A stretch of 64,000 bases of DNA from Nemertoderma westbladi (taxonomy: Eukaryota; Animalia; Xenacoelomorpha). The stretch lies in NCBI GenBank assembly GCA_032718475.1, contig JAUCBJ010001606.1, positions 35,436 through 99,435 on the forward strand. The letters are read 5' to 3'. Shown one piece after another: positions 34,293 through 47,509 of the stretch; positions within the stretch are counted from its first letter, which is position 1, and each line of letters opens with the position of its first letter. Made by a program: the position numbers and the translations under genes. The notes under the pieces are model-generated. The model made no database searches. It had not been told where the DNA came from and worked only from the letters and a program-made list of their open reading frames with translations.

Positions 34293-36839
34293 CTAGGCGT
34301 AAAATGTTGAACTATGGTAACTTTTTTTTAGCTGATATTTCTCTTTTCCAAATGTTTTTTGAAACAATCTATTGAACTGTTTTCCATCCACAGACTTTTG
34401 ACAGTCACCAATGCTGGAAGATGCGAGTGGGCGTTTGGTTCGGGACATTGGAGGTTGGAGATCACATAACTCTAACATGCATTCATTAAGCTGATTTATT
34501 GTGTCGTTTAAATTAAAGTCTTTTTTCTGTAGACTGTCAAAGAAAGCATGTAACTCATCCCAATCGTACATATTTTTCATTTCTTCTTTGTGCATTTTGA
34601 AGATGCAAAACATCATTGCAACTAAGATTTCATCACCGTAAAATGTGTAGAAATCCCAAAACTTCTTAAGCAATTTATAGGGAAGCACTGTTATATAATA
34701 TTTTATTACCCAAGCAGCAATAATAAAATGGTTCAACTTGTCGATGCAATCAATCCTTTCAAAATGGTCATTTAAATCTGGAAGTTTATTCTTTATGATC
34801 CACCAAATTACGCTCTGAAAGCTCATTCCTGTTGATAGCATTGTTTCCTCGTCGTAAAATCCACGCATGTGATGATTTTCACCTTCCATTATAGAATTGA
34901 GGAACCAAAATGCATCCTCCTCAGAATTTTCACCATCATCTTCACCATTTTCGAGGTTGAAATAGAACCAGCCGACAATCTTATCCATTCCTTGTCCGTA
35001 ACTTACAGCTTTATCATATACAGCGTAAGTAGTTAGAACTTGAAAAACAAAACGAATTGCTCTGCCTGCTGTCATCAATACCCCGTCTTCTTTAGTGCAT
35101 GAAAATAATCGACTTCGTTGAGAATCAAACGATTGATAAGGTGATCTTGACATATCGTTATGAATTTGTGTTAGTGTTTTCAAAGACAACTCGCTGTCTT
35201 GTGTTTGAGCTATTGTCTTGAACTTCTTATATTTACCAACATTATCTTCCATATTTTTGCGTTCAGTTGCTCCAATGTTATACATCCATTCTTCTATTTT
35301 GCTCTTACAGCCTGTTTTTAGATCCTCATAATCCTCAGTACGATCATACTTCCGAAATATTTCATACTTATCCCTGCTCAGTGTTGTTAATCTTCTGTAT
35401 TTAATATCAGAAAGAATACCATTAGTCGAATCATTCAAATTACTTGAATGTTCGAACTTCTCCATGGAATCTTTTCGTTTTCTGTGTGCTTTGTATACCG
35501 GTATACTGTTCTTCTTTTCTCCGAATGTTTTGTGAAACAACTCATAGAAAGCGCCTCTATTAAACTTATTGGAGGTGAACAAGTTGGACAACTTGGACTT
35601 TGGTGGAGCCACACATAATCTCTGCATGCATTCATCAAGCTGATTTTCCATTTTGGTTACTTCAAAATCATCGCATTTGTTTTCTTTTTTATGCAGCCGG
35701 CTTTTTTGGTTTGAACTTTTTTTATTTATGTGATTACCTAAATTTTTTATGTAATTTATCATATCACAAACTTCATCAATCTCTTTTATTTCTTCTTTGT
35801 ACATTTTGAAGATGCAATACGTCATTGCAACTAAGGTTATGTCTCCGTATTCCACGTAGCGATCCCAAAATACCTTAACCATGTCATATGGAAAGACCGG
35901 AATATAATATTGCATTGCCCAACTAAATACAATTCCGCTTATTAGTAACTCATCACTTTCTCCAATGCCAATGTTTTTGAAATGCTTATATAGATCTGGA
36001 ATTTCATTCTCTATGATCCACCAAATTTGTTGTGGGTATATTTCGTTTGTAAATGACAATTTTCTCTCATTAACAAATACACCCATATGACGCCTCTCAC
36101 TCTTTATTAGCGTTTTTAGGAACCAAAATGCGTCCTCCTCACAATTTTCACCATCATCTTCACCATCTTCGAGGTGGAAATAGAACCAACCAACCAGCCT
36201 ATCCATTGCTTGGCAGTATTTTGTATCTGTATCATATACAGCATATGCAGTAAAAACTTGGAACATGAAAAGTTGCGCCCTGCCTGTCTTCATTATCCCA
36301 TGTTCATCATCATCGCATCTAAAAAACTCACTTCTTGGTGAATCAACCCAAGGAAACAGATAAGCTGATCTTGATAGATCTTTATCAATATCTCTTAGTG
36401 TTTCCATAGATATCATCCTGTCATGTGTTCGAGCTGTTGCCTTCAACTTCTTATATCTACCAACATTTTTTTCCTTATTCTTCCGTCTAGTTACTCCCAT
36501 GAAATCCATCCATTCTTTCGTTTTGGATTTTCCGGTATATGTTTTTTTGGTTTCAAGTTCTTTATAATCCTTGGTACGATCGTACTTCTGAAATATAGCA
36601 CATCTTTCAGCGTAATCGTTTTGTCGTTGATAATCGCGATCGGTTAATTGTTCGACTGGAGTCGAATTGGATATTGAGGACCCCTTCGTGGAATCTCTTC
36701 TTTCTCTACTTATCAACGTCGAGTTGCTATTGTTTTGGTGAATGGGTGGAAGTTCAGTTGATAATTCGTCTTCAGGTTTGCAAGTTTGAGATGAACTAAC
36801 ATCTTGGCCACTACGAGATGTTCCACAATACGCATCCAT
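34293..36839 (-). CDS. Double-TBC domain protein, USP6NL/RN-tre-like, paralogue 2 (both domains keep R and Q fingers)
   Basis: 848-aa intact ORF with IDKDLSR/YCQAM and IHNDMSR/YGQGM. N-terminus nearly identical to paralogue 1. AATAAA (- strand) at about 34263. Confidence 0.88.
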   Translation of the reverse strand: MDAYCGTSRSGQDVSSSQTCKPEDELSTELPPIHQNNSNSTLISRERRDSTKGSSISNSTPVEQLTDRDYQRQNDYAERCAIFQKYDRTKDYKELETKKTYTGKSKTKEWMDFMGVTRRKNKEKNVGRYKKLKATARTHDRMISMETLRDIDKDLSRSAYLFPWVDSPRSEFFRCDDDEHGIMKTGRAQLFMFQVFTAYAVYDTDTKYCQAMDRLVGWFYFHLEDGEDDGENCEEDAFWFLKTLIKSERRHMGVFVNERKLSFTNEIYPQQIWWIIENEIPDLYKHFKNIGIGESDELLISGIVFSWAMQYYIPVFPYDMVKVFWDRYVEYGDITLVAMTYCIFKMYKEEIKEIDEVCDMINYIKNLGNHINKKSSNQKSRLHKKENKCDDFEVTKMENQLDECMQRLCVAPPKSKLSNLFTSNKFNRGAFYELFHKTFGEKKNSIPVYKAHRKRKDSMEKFEHSSNLNDSTNGILSDIKYRRLTTLSRDKYEIFRKYDRTEDYEDLKTGCKSKIEEWMYNIGATERKNMEDNVGKYKKFKTIAQTQDSELSLKTLTQIHNDMSRSPYQSFDSQRSRLFSCTKEDGVLMTAGRAIRFVFQVLTTYAVYDKAVSYGQGMDKIVGWFYFNLENGEDDGENSEEDAFWFLNSIMEGENHHMRGFYDEETMLSTGMSFQSVIWWIIKNKLPDLNDHFERIDCIDKLNHFIIAAWVIKYYITVLPYKLLKKFWDFYTFYGDEILVAMMFCIFKMHKEEMKNMYDWDELHAFFDSLQKKDFNLNDTINQLNECMLELCDLQPPMSRTKRPLASSSIGDCQKSVDGKQFNRLFQKTFGKEKYQLKKSYHSSTFYA

Positions 36840-37939
36840 GATAACTAATTGTTGGTTACTACTTTTCTGTATTTTGGATTTTGTTATGGATTAATCAAGT
36901 TAAAATTTGTGGATTCCTAACTCGCAATTCTTAGAAAATATTTTGTTTATTCTACATTATCTTTCCCCCGAAAAATTAAAAGCACATAATGTGGAAATAA
37001 AATTATATTTTGTGGATCACTTCCAATTTCATGATTCGTTATAGCAACAATATGACTATTCGTGTAATTTTTAAACCCAAATTGTTACAATGACTATCGA
37101 TTATTTTATTATTATAAATATTTTTATTATTTGTGTATTTAATATATATTATATTGGCTTTTAAAGGATCAATAAATAAATAAAATAAATAAATAAAAAA
37201 ATACTGCTAGCTATACCTATAGATATCTGGGGGGTAGAATAGCTTATCATGTCTGGATTATAATCCGCTGACACTCTGATATTCTAACTTGAGGAATGTG
37301 CTTGCCTCCTCACAAGTGTGCGCTTCGTTACCATTGGAAGTGATTACCAGCACTATGGATTAGTAATTATTTAGTGCACTATTTTCCATCCCTTCAAACA
37401 AGAAATTCGAGACGACATCCTTAGTTAGTTAGGAATACTCAGATCATGATAATTTAGGAATCCATTTTTTCAATGGTACTCACCCAAGTATGTGTTTGAA
37501 TACCTTGCTCATAGTGTCCTAATGGGGTCATAACATTACTCAACACATTACTACAACAAAACAATTGAAGTCCCCAGAAGGAATCAGGCAAGAGGCATAT
37601 TCCCCAGTAACTCAAACGAAAATAGTAAGTGCCATGCCAGACTCTGAGTTTAATAATTTATTTATAATAAAGTTAATTTTATGGATTTATTAAGTTATAT
37701 AAACTTACACCCTGACAGCTGTTCAGGAAGCAAAAATAACCTCTATAGTAATCAATTCCAATGCACAGAAAATATAGTGAATCAACACCTACACTACTTA
37801 CTTCAATCTCTACCTACTTATTACACTTAGGCCATACTTGATAAATCGATACTTGGTATGTTGGAGACTAAATTGGATTTAGTGGAAGGCTGAGCTGGGG
37901 TCGGCTGTAGTTGGCTCTAGAGGAGTAGGATCTCATTGA

Positions 37940-39560
37940 GGTCTACCTTGGCTGGTAGGGTACCAAGCACAGCGGTGGCGTTTCCCCAGCCAATGGCCAT
38001 CACCATTATCTGGAAGAGAAATTAAGTCGCCCTAGGTTCGGCGGATTTTGGCGAGATGCGCCGGCCGATCTCTCGAAGGATTTGTGTTCCTTCGCTACCG
38101 ATAGCACCTAGGGTCTCGACAGCAATGGTGGTGAAGTGGTAGTTGTGCTGGAGCTCGCCATATTTTCTTAATTTTGCTGATTCGGCAGATGCGGCAGAGG
38201 CACCAGCTGTGGAGGAAGTGCCTGAAAGGTGGGACGCGTCCAGGGTGTCCCAGTCCCTGCATGTGAAGTCCCACACGAGAGGTTTTCCTGTGGCCCATGC
38301 TGCAAGAGTCATTCTGTCAGGCACCTTACCATCGTGGGACAGAACTCGCGGCTCGAAGGTAGAAACAACTCCTGCAGAGGTGAGGGCGCGATGGATTATA
38401 TTATTGGCCTCTGCGTGGCGGGTGAATTTCCCATAATTGTGGATACACGAAAGGCCATGAGTAGCCCATCTGTCAACTAGACCACCACAGCCACAGCAGT
38501 TATGCTCGACGCTGATAGGGGCTCCGAGACGCAGCGCTACACCTACTCAGAGCTGGTCGTCCTCGAGACGGAGACCAAGAGATGAGATTGGGATGGCATG
38601 GCATGGAGCCAGTCACCTACATGTTCTGCCACCGAAGCTAGAAGGCGTGCTTTGGGTGATGGGGACGTCGCACCAACAAGGATTTTCTTTGAGGCAGTAA
38701 CATCCAATGGCTTTCTTGAATATGGGGTTGCTGGGTACTTCTGTTGGAAGGGCTTTCAGGCCTTGGTCGAACCAGTGGTTGTGTGCTGCGATGATCGGTG
38801 GTGGAAGAAGGGATTGGAGTAGGGGACCACATCCTGAGAACGAAGCCAAAAAGGCCGGTATTGAAATGTCCCTCGTACTCCTTACCCCAAGGCCACCAAG
38901 AGCGATGGGTAGAGAAGCTTGACGCCATGTGGTGTCTTCCAGCTGGATATTGAGTGCTATTTCCAGATTAGTTTGCATTTAGTGGGTTTGATCGATAGAC
39001 CCAACTTAGCTGCTTCACTGATGACAGTCTTCAAATTTTCGGCAACTGAAAGTGCGGACCCACCTAGGGAGCCATCGTCAAGAAACCAAACTTTGAAGAT
39101 ACAGTTTAAAAAGTCAACAAACCCGTGGATGACGGAGCTGAAGAAGAGGGAAGCCAAAGGATCACCCTGCTGGCTGCCATCGTCGGAGTTGCCATAGAAT
39201 AGGTATGTAGGAGTGGCATAGGACTGATAGGCTATGTTATACAGTGGTGGGAGATTTTCCAGAACAGACCGTAAAAGAGGCCCTCGGTGTACACTATTGA
39301 AGGCATTGGCAAAGTCGACTTTCACCAACACGACAGGTTCCTCATGGTTGGACCACTCAAGGAAGCTCCTTGCAGAATGGACTGCAGCCTGTTGATGAGG
39401 GGCAAGCTTGTAGTCAGAATGGCTGGCTGCCATTTGGCAGGCTGTCTTGGCAGCGAGACGGCGTAGTGTACATCCCACAGCAATAGGTCTGATACCACCT
39501 CCAGGTTTAATAAAAGCACAGAGGCGCGCTCCATGGAGGTAGGGGCAGACATCTTTGGGT
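37940..39560 (-). mobile_element. Degenerate CRE-like non-LTR retrotransposon (RT plus RLE)
   Basis: Frameshifted pieces GCTLRRLAAK, KVDFANAFNSV, QQGDPLASLFF, WFLDDG, QASLPIALGGLGVR and PDRMTLAAWATGKPLVWDFTC..K..KY..AVETLG. Confidence 0.85.
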
Positions 39561-40394
39561 ACTAAAACCTTGTCTCCGCCTAGGCTGAGAACACTCCCCA
39601 GTTTTTCTTCCTATATTTCTTAATTAACGGAAAGGAGCAAGTTACAGTGGCGGGCTTTCCTAACCCATTCAATAAACGATAACTCATAACATACTGTAGG
39701 TTACAGTTTTATTTTTGCAATATAAGAAAATAACACAGGTACGGATATGAATTATAACTTAATTAGGGGAGTCATCTCAGCCAAAGGGGAGTCATCTCAG
39801 CCTAAGGGGAGTCTCTCAGCTTAGGCTGAAATAACTGGGAAGTGTTCTGCACTCCTTTGGCAAGCCTCCCGGTTGTAAGTTTTCCTTTGGGGTTTGGCTT
39901 ACAATCGGGGTGCTAATAGATTTCCCATTTTGGTTACTAACTTTCTTGAGGTGACATATCTGACTTTTCTGGGTGATGAAGTGCCTAAGGGATTGCTCCC
40001 GTAACAGGTTCACCCACCCTTGACATTGACTCCATTGTAGTTCATCATGTATTGATCAGGGGGATGCGTTGGTGCTTGTCACTAGCTTCTCACCTTGCTT
40101 GGTGGCGACCTAGGACTGCGGAGCGGGTGCAACAAGTCTGTTGTACAAATCCGAACATTCCCCAGCCAGGTAAATTGTTTTCTCAGGATCTGGTTCTTCC
40201 ATTCCATTGGTGATGCGGTGAGTGGCGGCTTTCTCATGCATGTCTGCATGGACATATCTATAGGGTCCCTGCACCTAAACTGCACTGCATCGACTTGAAT
40301 CGTCCCATCATGGTCCCAATGTTATAGTCGGGTTGACCCAGTTCCACCATTTCCCTTGGGGCAATACTACACTTGACCTTGGGTACGATTCCCC

Positions 40395-41155
40395 GTACTT
40401 AGTTCCAATGCGAATTTAGTTCCAATAGAAACAAATTTAGTTCCAATTTTGGCGAATTTATTTCCAATTTAGGCGAACTTAGTTCCAATAACTAGAGAAA
40501 AACGAAAACTAATTCAGTTCCAATGCGTGCGAATTTATTTCCAATGGATGCGAACTTAGTTCCAATGCAAGCGAATTTAGTTCCAATGACTGCGAATTTA
40601 GTTCTTGCCTACCGGTAGGTAATGCAGTAGGCCTATCTGGCTGTCAGGCAAATTTCCACCTATTGTGTACGTGGTATCCAATGACGGCGTGAAGTAATGT
40701 CTCCTTAGTGGACATTACTTAACGCCGTCATGGGTTACCACGTAAACAATAACACAAAATACAATACTAAATGTACAGGCCAATACAATGCTGTAATGTC
40801 CTCTAAAGTTGCAAAGTGCTAAATAATAACTCGCTGTTAATACTAACGGCGTTGAGTAATGTTACAATTTTGGAATAATAATTATTTACAATTATTGTTG
40901 ACCCTGACCCACCCCCAAATAGTGGCAATACGCAAAGGCTTCACCTACTACGTGGCTATCCCCACGATTAAAACAGTGAACTAAATTCACATGTATTGGA
41001 ACTAAGTTCGTTTTGATATTCTGGGAATGGAACTAATTTAGCCTCGATTGGAACTAAGTTCGCTTTATAAAATTTATTTTGGAACTAAGTTTGTTTCAAT
41101 TGGAACTAAGTTCGCCTTTGAAAATGTTTGATTGGAACTAAGTTCGTGCTATACG
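40395..41155. mobile_element. MITE with inverted arrays of gaa(c/t)ttagttccaat
   Basis: About 9 copies of ttagttccaa on the left, about 6 copies of ttggaactaa on the right, and an internal hairpin at 40668-40743. Confidence 0.75.
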
Positions 41156-41165
41156 TAGACCTAGA

Positions 41166-41645
41166 CCAGACTTTTTATACTAGCTAGTTTTTGCTACTTT
41201 TTTTAATAAAAGTTATCGAAAATGTTAGCTATAAATTCAGAAAAAGATTAATGTTCTGCAACAAATTAATTTGTTCTGAAACATTTTATAAATAAAATTT
41301 TATTTCAACTACCAAGTTTTTGCAACTTTTTTAATGTTCTAGAACATGTTAACTATCAAATAAGATAAATATTAATGTTATTGGACACGTTATTTCTCTA
41401 AGAACATATTTTCGAAAAAAAATTAAATAGTACGGTACAGTGTCGTTATACAAACCGTATTAAAAAATTGTATTTTCAAATTATTAGTCCTTTTAGTAAC
41501 TTTATTTTTAATCTAAAAAGTATAACAGAAAAATACACACGTTTCTAACATGTTCTAGAACATTAAAAAGGTATAAAAACTAGCTAGTTTAAAAAATTAT
41601 GTTTTCATATAAAATGTTCTTTCTAGCTAGTATAAAAAAATCTGG
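41166..41645. mobile_element. MITE (ctagctag/ttctagaac family)
   Basis: TIRs ccagactttttatactagctag / ctagctagtataaaaaaatctgg. Confidence 0.65.
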
Positions 41646-42629
41646 TATGGTGGTTACCAAAGGGGTTATTGTTCCCTTGTGAAGGAGGCCTGAGTCATAT
41701 GTAGTGTGGTTTATTTCCTTTTCCTATGTCATTTAATTTTCTAAATTAAATTAAAATTGCATTGCACAGTGTACAAAAAAATAAATTTTTCTTTTCTTTT
41801 CTTTTTCTTTTTCTTTTAATTTTACTTTCAAACTTTCCACATTGTTATTTTAAATAGATCCATAAACAGGCAGCCGCCGCTGCAGCTGCCTACTAGTATT
41901 TCCTTACAATGTATCAGGCTGGCTATCAGAGTTGTTCAGTCTTATCGCTATGTCAGCGACATAGGAGTAATCAATAAGAAAAACACAGAAAATGATCATC
42001 AAAATCAAAACTGTTGTTGTTGCTTGTGACTCTTTGCTGATTACGCTGAAAACACATGCAGATAAGCTCTAACTGTCCGGTCTGATACAAAGAACGGAGT
42101 TGCGCTAGTGTACCTTCAACGAAGGGCCGCTCAATGTATCTGTTTATTCTATCCCTTTTTCCCTTCGATGCATTGATTTGCTTTATAATTCACTTATTTA
42201 ATACGGTATTGAATTGTCTATTATATTTTACTGACATACAGTACCGAGAGGGTGTCGCAACACAGTATAACAAGCAAATGTCTGAATAATTAAATATGTA
42301 AGAACTCAAGTCTGGCAACTGTGTTTCCCTTTAGAGGAAACGTATTGTAACAAGTCTTCGGTCTAATTATATTGATATCGCTACAGTATTCAATTTGTGA
42401 AAACTCTCAATCGTGATGTAATTAATGATAAGAGCTTTGCTTACAATAATGGTCTGAAATATCGCCATATATTTATTATTTGTTAAGTTAGAGGTACGAC
42501 GGCACACATAAATCTGTTACAATTGTCCAGATTATCACTGATACTTAATTATAGTGACCCACCTGGTTGTGGCGCGTGTAAAACTTTCTTGATTCCGTAG
42601 TATCGGTGATATATTAAGCAAATAATAAC

Positions 42630-42925
42630 AACAGAGAAGGTCAGAGAAGGACAGTTGGAACGAGAAACCTCCAGGGTTCGTTCTCGGATGGGTTAGGGCC
42701 CGTCTGTCCATCGCGTTGGTGCGCGCTGTGGGTTTGTGCCTTATAGGTGGGCGACGTTCGTGGCGGCTACTGGGGCTGGATGACGGCGCAGGTGCTTGGG
42801 TAGCAGATTGAAGAGTTCGGTTGGTGAAGAATAAGGTCAGGGTGAGCTTGAAACGAGCATGGGAGGTGTAACTCCACTGCAGCGCAATCCTGTACACAGT
42901 GAGCCAGCATCCAACCAACCAAGCT
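42630..42925 (+). mobile_element. 3' tip of a CRE-like retrotransposon
   Basis: Manual + strand translation VLGWVRARLSIALVRAVGLCLIGGRRSWRLLGLDDGAG* matches the C-terminus of ORF 18942-19355 (VLGGVRRRLQFALLRSSSLCLRGGRRSWRGLGFGDGAG). Confidence 0.75.
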
Positions 42926-43319
42926 TATATATATTAAATCAACCGTAATAGAATGATACAGCCAATAATGGGAGGTAGAATATGTGTATAATGGCACTAA
43001 ATGGCGTCAAAACTTTTAATCAAGCATTATTTAACTGAAATGGTCAAAATTATACCGCAACCAACTTTATCAATAAAATATGGTGTTTTGAGCTTAAATT
43101 TAGGAAAACAAGTAATATAAAAAGGCTAAGTTCAGACGTGCAGCAACATCAATAAAGGGAGGGAGGGAGGGGGCACCGGGGCAGGCCAAGTTTAATATGT
43201 GGTCAGTGAGTGGTCACGAAAAATACATCTGAGTCTGTTTATATACCGTAAATTTTATTTTTTTTAAAGGATCAAATAGGATAATACATTTTTGTTTCAC
43301 AACACATTCAATTATTTTA

Positions 43320-43862
43320 ATATGGTTTAAACATTTGATATGTTCAGACAAAATTTCTACATTTCAAATTTTGTGGCTTTAATATTTAATATTAGACATT
43401 AATCTAATGTAAAAAATTATTAATCAATAACAAAATCACAATGTAAATATTTTAGGACATGTTTTAGTTACCAATCACGCAGATATACTTTTCAACATTG
43501 TAACAATTATATAATGTTTTCTACTACAGTATTACGTAAAGAATTGGTCTAAATAAAGAGGAGTAAAATTAATCGATGGTTATATTATTATTGTTTCAAC
43601 AATGTATAAATTTATGTAAAACCATGACTCGCAAGGATGTAATCATATCCTATTTGTTACATTATTGTACATACGCTATTAGCTCTATGTTACTTACAGA
43701 TAAAAATTAAGTTTGGGTTTCTTTCTTTCTTTACATATTTCTAGAATACTATTTGTTTGTGATCGCAGCAACAGTACTAATTTTATTTCTAAGTATTCGT
43801 ATTCGGTCTGGAAAATATTGTCATAATTCAATGAACTGTAACACACAACCACCAAATGTGAT
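43320..43862. repeat. Contiguous copy of the duplicated spacer segment
   Basis: Joins the sequences found at 19862-20537 and 33343-33632 without a gap (..ttattgtttc|aacaatgtataaa..). Confidence 0.85.
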
Positions 43863-43989
43863 TGCATTTCTTTGTAATTTTTTTTAATTTTTATTTTCGC
43901 TTTAATTCTTTAGGTACTGCACAAGCTCTTGAAAAATATGGTCCGTCCATAATGGAGATGCATCATAGTAGGCCTAATACATTCCATCT

Positions 43990-44198
43990 GTAATCGGCAT
44001 TGCAGCTGCATTGAGATTGCTATGCCAGCTTATCGAAAAAAATGTGCAGCTACCAAACAATCCACAATCATCATGCTGCCATACAGCGTGCATTATGAAT
44101 GCTATGCTGACATACCGAGAAATTTCCACCGCCATAACTCCCTATCCCGCATGAGTTTTGCGAGATAATCCACATCTTCAAGGCCAGTGTCCTTTAAG
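43990..44198 (-). mobile_element. 3' tip of an RTE LINE related to 54897-56083
   Basis: gcattgcagctgcatt and aactccctatc..catcttcaaggccagtgt.ctttaag are shared with 55065-55190. Confidence 0.7.
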
Positions 44199-45650
44199 GT
44201 CCGATAATATTAATTTTATTCCAATAATATTAATTATATTGCAATAATATTAATTTTATTGCAATAAAATTACTTATTGCATATATATGAAGTTTTTCTG
44301 GTAAGCTGTTACGAATAACACATTGCATATCTATAGAGCCATATGAAAATGTTTTATTATTGTGTTTTTCAGTTAAACGCAACATTTAGATATTTCGTTA
44401 TTATTTAAAACATAATTTGTACGATATACACTGTCATATCATTGGATGGATGTGTTTGTGTGGGGGTTTACTGTACTGTATATGTAACTGCCTTGTAACT
44501 GAACCAATACGGACTGATTGATTTATATATAATTTGAACCAATCAAATTTCCTTCACATCCAGGAAATGACATGATAGGCCTACAGGGTATACAAAATTA
44601 TTATACTCTAAAATAATTATGAAATGTCTAAATATTGCGTTTATCTGAAAAACACTATAATAAAACATTTTCATATATGGCATCATATCTGGCTCAAAAT
44701 TCAATATTTGATGTGGGGTTGCAATATTTAAAAAAAATTACAAAATATTGACACAGTTCAGTTTAAATATTGACACAGTACAATATAATATTGACACAGT
44801 ACAATATAATATTGACACAGTACAATACAGCAATATATAATATTGACAAAGTACAATATTGACACAGTACAGTTTAAATATTGACACAGTACAGCAGTAC
44901 AGTATAATATTGACACAGTACAGTTTAAATATTGACACAGTACAATATAATATTGACACAGTACAATACAGCAATATATAATATTGACAAAGTACAATAT
45001 TGACACAGTACAGTTTAAATATTGACACAGTACAGCAGTACAGTATAATATTGACACAGTTCAGTTGAAATATTGACACAGTACAGTTTAAATATTGACA
45101 CAGTTCAGTTTTAATATTGACACAGTACAGTTTAAATATTGACACAGTACAGTTTTAATAATGACACAGTACAATATGAAATGACAATTCAAATTTCCCT
45201 CTCCACACATACATACTATGTGATTGGAGTTAATCCAATGTACCTCACCAGTACACAGATGTCAGTGCCCTACACCATTCATTATCCTTACTGCCTTAAT
45301 ATAGCAGTAGGCCTATAGTGCTGTACTAAGGCATACTACAGTGGAGTACAGTGATTTAGTTACAGCAATACTGCTGTACAAGTACAATTCAACTTTATAT
45401 CCAATCAAATGGGATGTGTGTGGGTAGGGGGAATTTGAATTGTCATTTCATATTGTACTGCGTCAATATTATACTGTACTGTGTCAATATTTAAACTGTA
45501 CTGTGTTAATATTATACTGTACTGTGTCAATATTTAAACTGTACTGTGTTAATATTATACTGTACTGTGTCAATATTTAAACTGTACTGCGTCAATATTA
45601 TACTGTACTGTGTCAATATAATACTGTACTGTGTCAATATTATATTGTAC

Positions 45651-46215
45651 TGTGCTGGGATCAGAGGATCCCGACCAGTTTGGTTTATGTACGCGTCAGC
45701 CGCACCGTGTGATGGAAAAAAGGAATTTGTTATTCCAGTGTCGTTATTATGGACTGATATATATATATATAATACAGAGTGATAGTAGATAGCACGGTTG
45801 ACCGGTATGATGATATAGTAACTAATTGGTGACGGCGGTGACGGTCTTAAAATGTCACCGTACTGCCATGACTGAGTGATTGAGTAAACTACTGAATGAA
45901 TGAGCAACACCGACCGGTAATATACTGCTCTAGGTTGGCCGTATTACTCAGCGGATGCCTGCCCCCCATTGGCTAGTAACCTAATTCTCGCCTCCCATCT
46001 CTCTGGGAGTGTTTTCCCCCTCTACTGTCACTCTCCCTCTCCCGGAGGTGTAACCTCTGACCCCCATTGTGTGTGGCCCTTTGGGGTTTGTCGTCCCCGT
46101 TTATTGGGGGTGATACGAGGTTGATTGGTAATCAACCTCGTACTTCCCAATATTGCTTAAAGGCGCTCTTTCCCACTTTATGGGGGTTGGTGAGGCGGAA
46201 TTGAATCCGCTCACA
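45651..46215 (-). repeat. 3' LTR
   Basis: tgtg...caca termini; 11 substitutions relative to 52586-53150 by manual comparison. Confidence 0.95.
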
Positions 46216-46739
46216 CTCCCCCATGCTATCTTCCCGGTGAGAAGATAGCATCAACCTCAAAGTGCGCTTCAATTCCGCTGGAACTCGATCTACTATGGGG
46301 TGTGGGGTGGAGTTATCTTTTCCTCGGAGCCGGCTTTCCATGCCGCTCCCTATGGGTATGATATCGCTACCCTGTCTTGGTGCAACCGCAACCTATGTTG
46401 CACCAAGACATCTGGCGTCTCGGTTTGAGACAATTGTGGATTCTCACACAATTTTTAAACTCTCTCACTCTAACTCTACTCTAACTCCGCTCTTACTCTC
46501 TCCCCACACCTGAATTCACTCGCCTGCACTCTCTCTCGCCAGCAGCTCCTCTCCATACTCCTCTCTACTCTCTACCACTCCCTAAGGCCCTAATCTCTAA
46601 TGCTACCCCTGTGCTATCATACTATCTACCTTATCTAAAGTCTAACTTGCTAACTATCTAACTCTCTGTTCTATTAACTCTAACTAGCTCTCTGACTAAC
46701 TCCTACTAACTCTTCTAAGTCTACTCCGCTTACTACTTT

Positions 46740-47260
46740 CTACGTGGCGTTTACGGTGCCCACAACCACCCTCTACTACTACCTCCATCTATGTGGCGCT
46801 TGCGGTGCCCACAACCACTCTCTGCTACTACCTCCATCTATGTGGCGCTTCCGGTGCCCACAACCTCTCTACTACTACTTTCTACGTGGCGCTTCCGGTG
46901 CCCACAACCCTTCTGCTACTCGTGGCATGTTAATATACCACACTCCCTTACCCGCCGACTTCTAACGGTACCACGTACCCCTCTACTCCCGTGGTATGTC
47001 TATATACCACACTCCCTATACCCGCCGCCTTCTAACTTAACTCGGTACTACGTACCCTCCTACTCCCGTGGTATGTCTATATACCACACTCCCTATACCC
47101 ACCGACTTCTAACTCCCGGTACTACGTACCCTCCTACTCCCGTGGTATGTCTATATACCACACTCCCTATACCCGCCGACTTCTAACTCCCGGTACTACG
47201 TACCCTCTTACTCCCGTGGTATGTCTATACCACACTCCCTATACCCGCCGCCTTCTAACC
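46740..47260. repeat. Internal tandem repeats of the LTR element (~45-bp and ~70-bp units)
   Basis: Four copies of gtggcg.tt.cggtgcccacaacc, then about five copies of ctactcccgtggtatgtctatataccacactccctatacccgccg. Confidence 0.85.
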
Positions 47261-47509
47261 TAACTTTCTATTATCTTCTAACTACTACATACTATCTTCT
47301 TACTATCTTCTACTATCTAACTATCTACTAACTTTCATACTTCTAAATATTTCTACTTACTATCTAACTTCTACTTATTTATTATTTAATTATTTTATTA
47401 TTTATTTTAATTAAATAATTATTTGTGCGTGGGAAGGGCGTCTCGCCCTCATTCCCACCCCCCTCAGTCCAAAATATTGGACGACTAAACTCTAATGTCC
47501 CCCGTGATC

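Noticed and set aside
39765-40385. GC-richer segment with ggggagtcatctcagcc repeats and short ORFs
   Set aside because: Probably a decayed element, but I could not recognise any protein motif.
44738-45145. Cys/Tyr-rich ORFs (also 45527-45910, 45546-45782 and 46744-47186)
   Set aside because: They are translations of minisatellite and LTR sequence, not genes.
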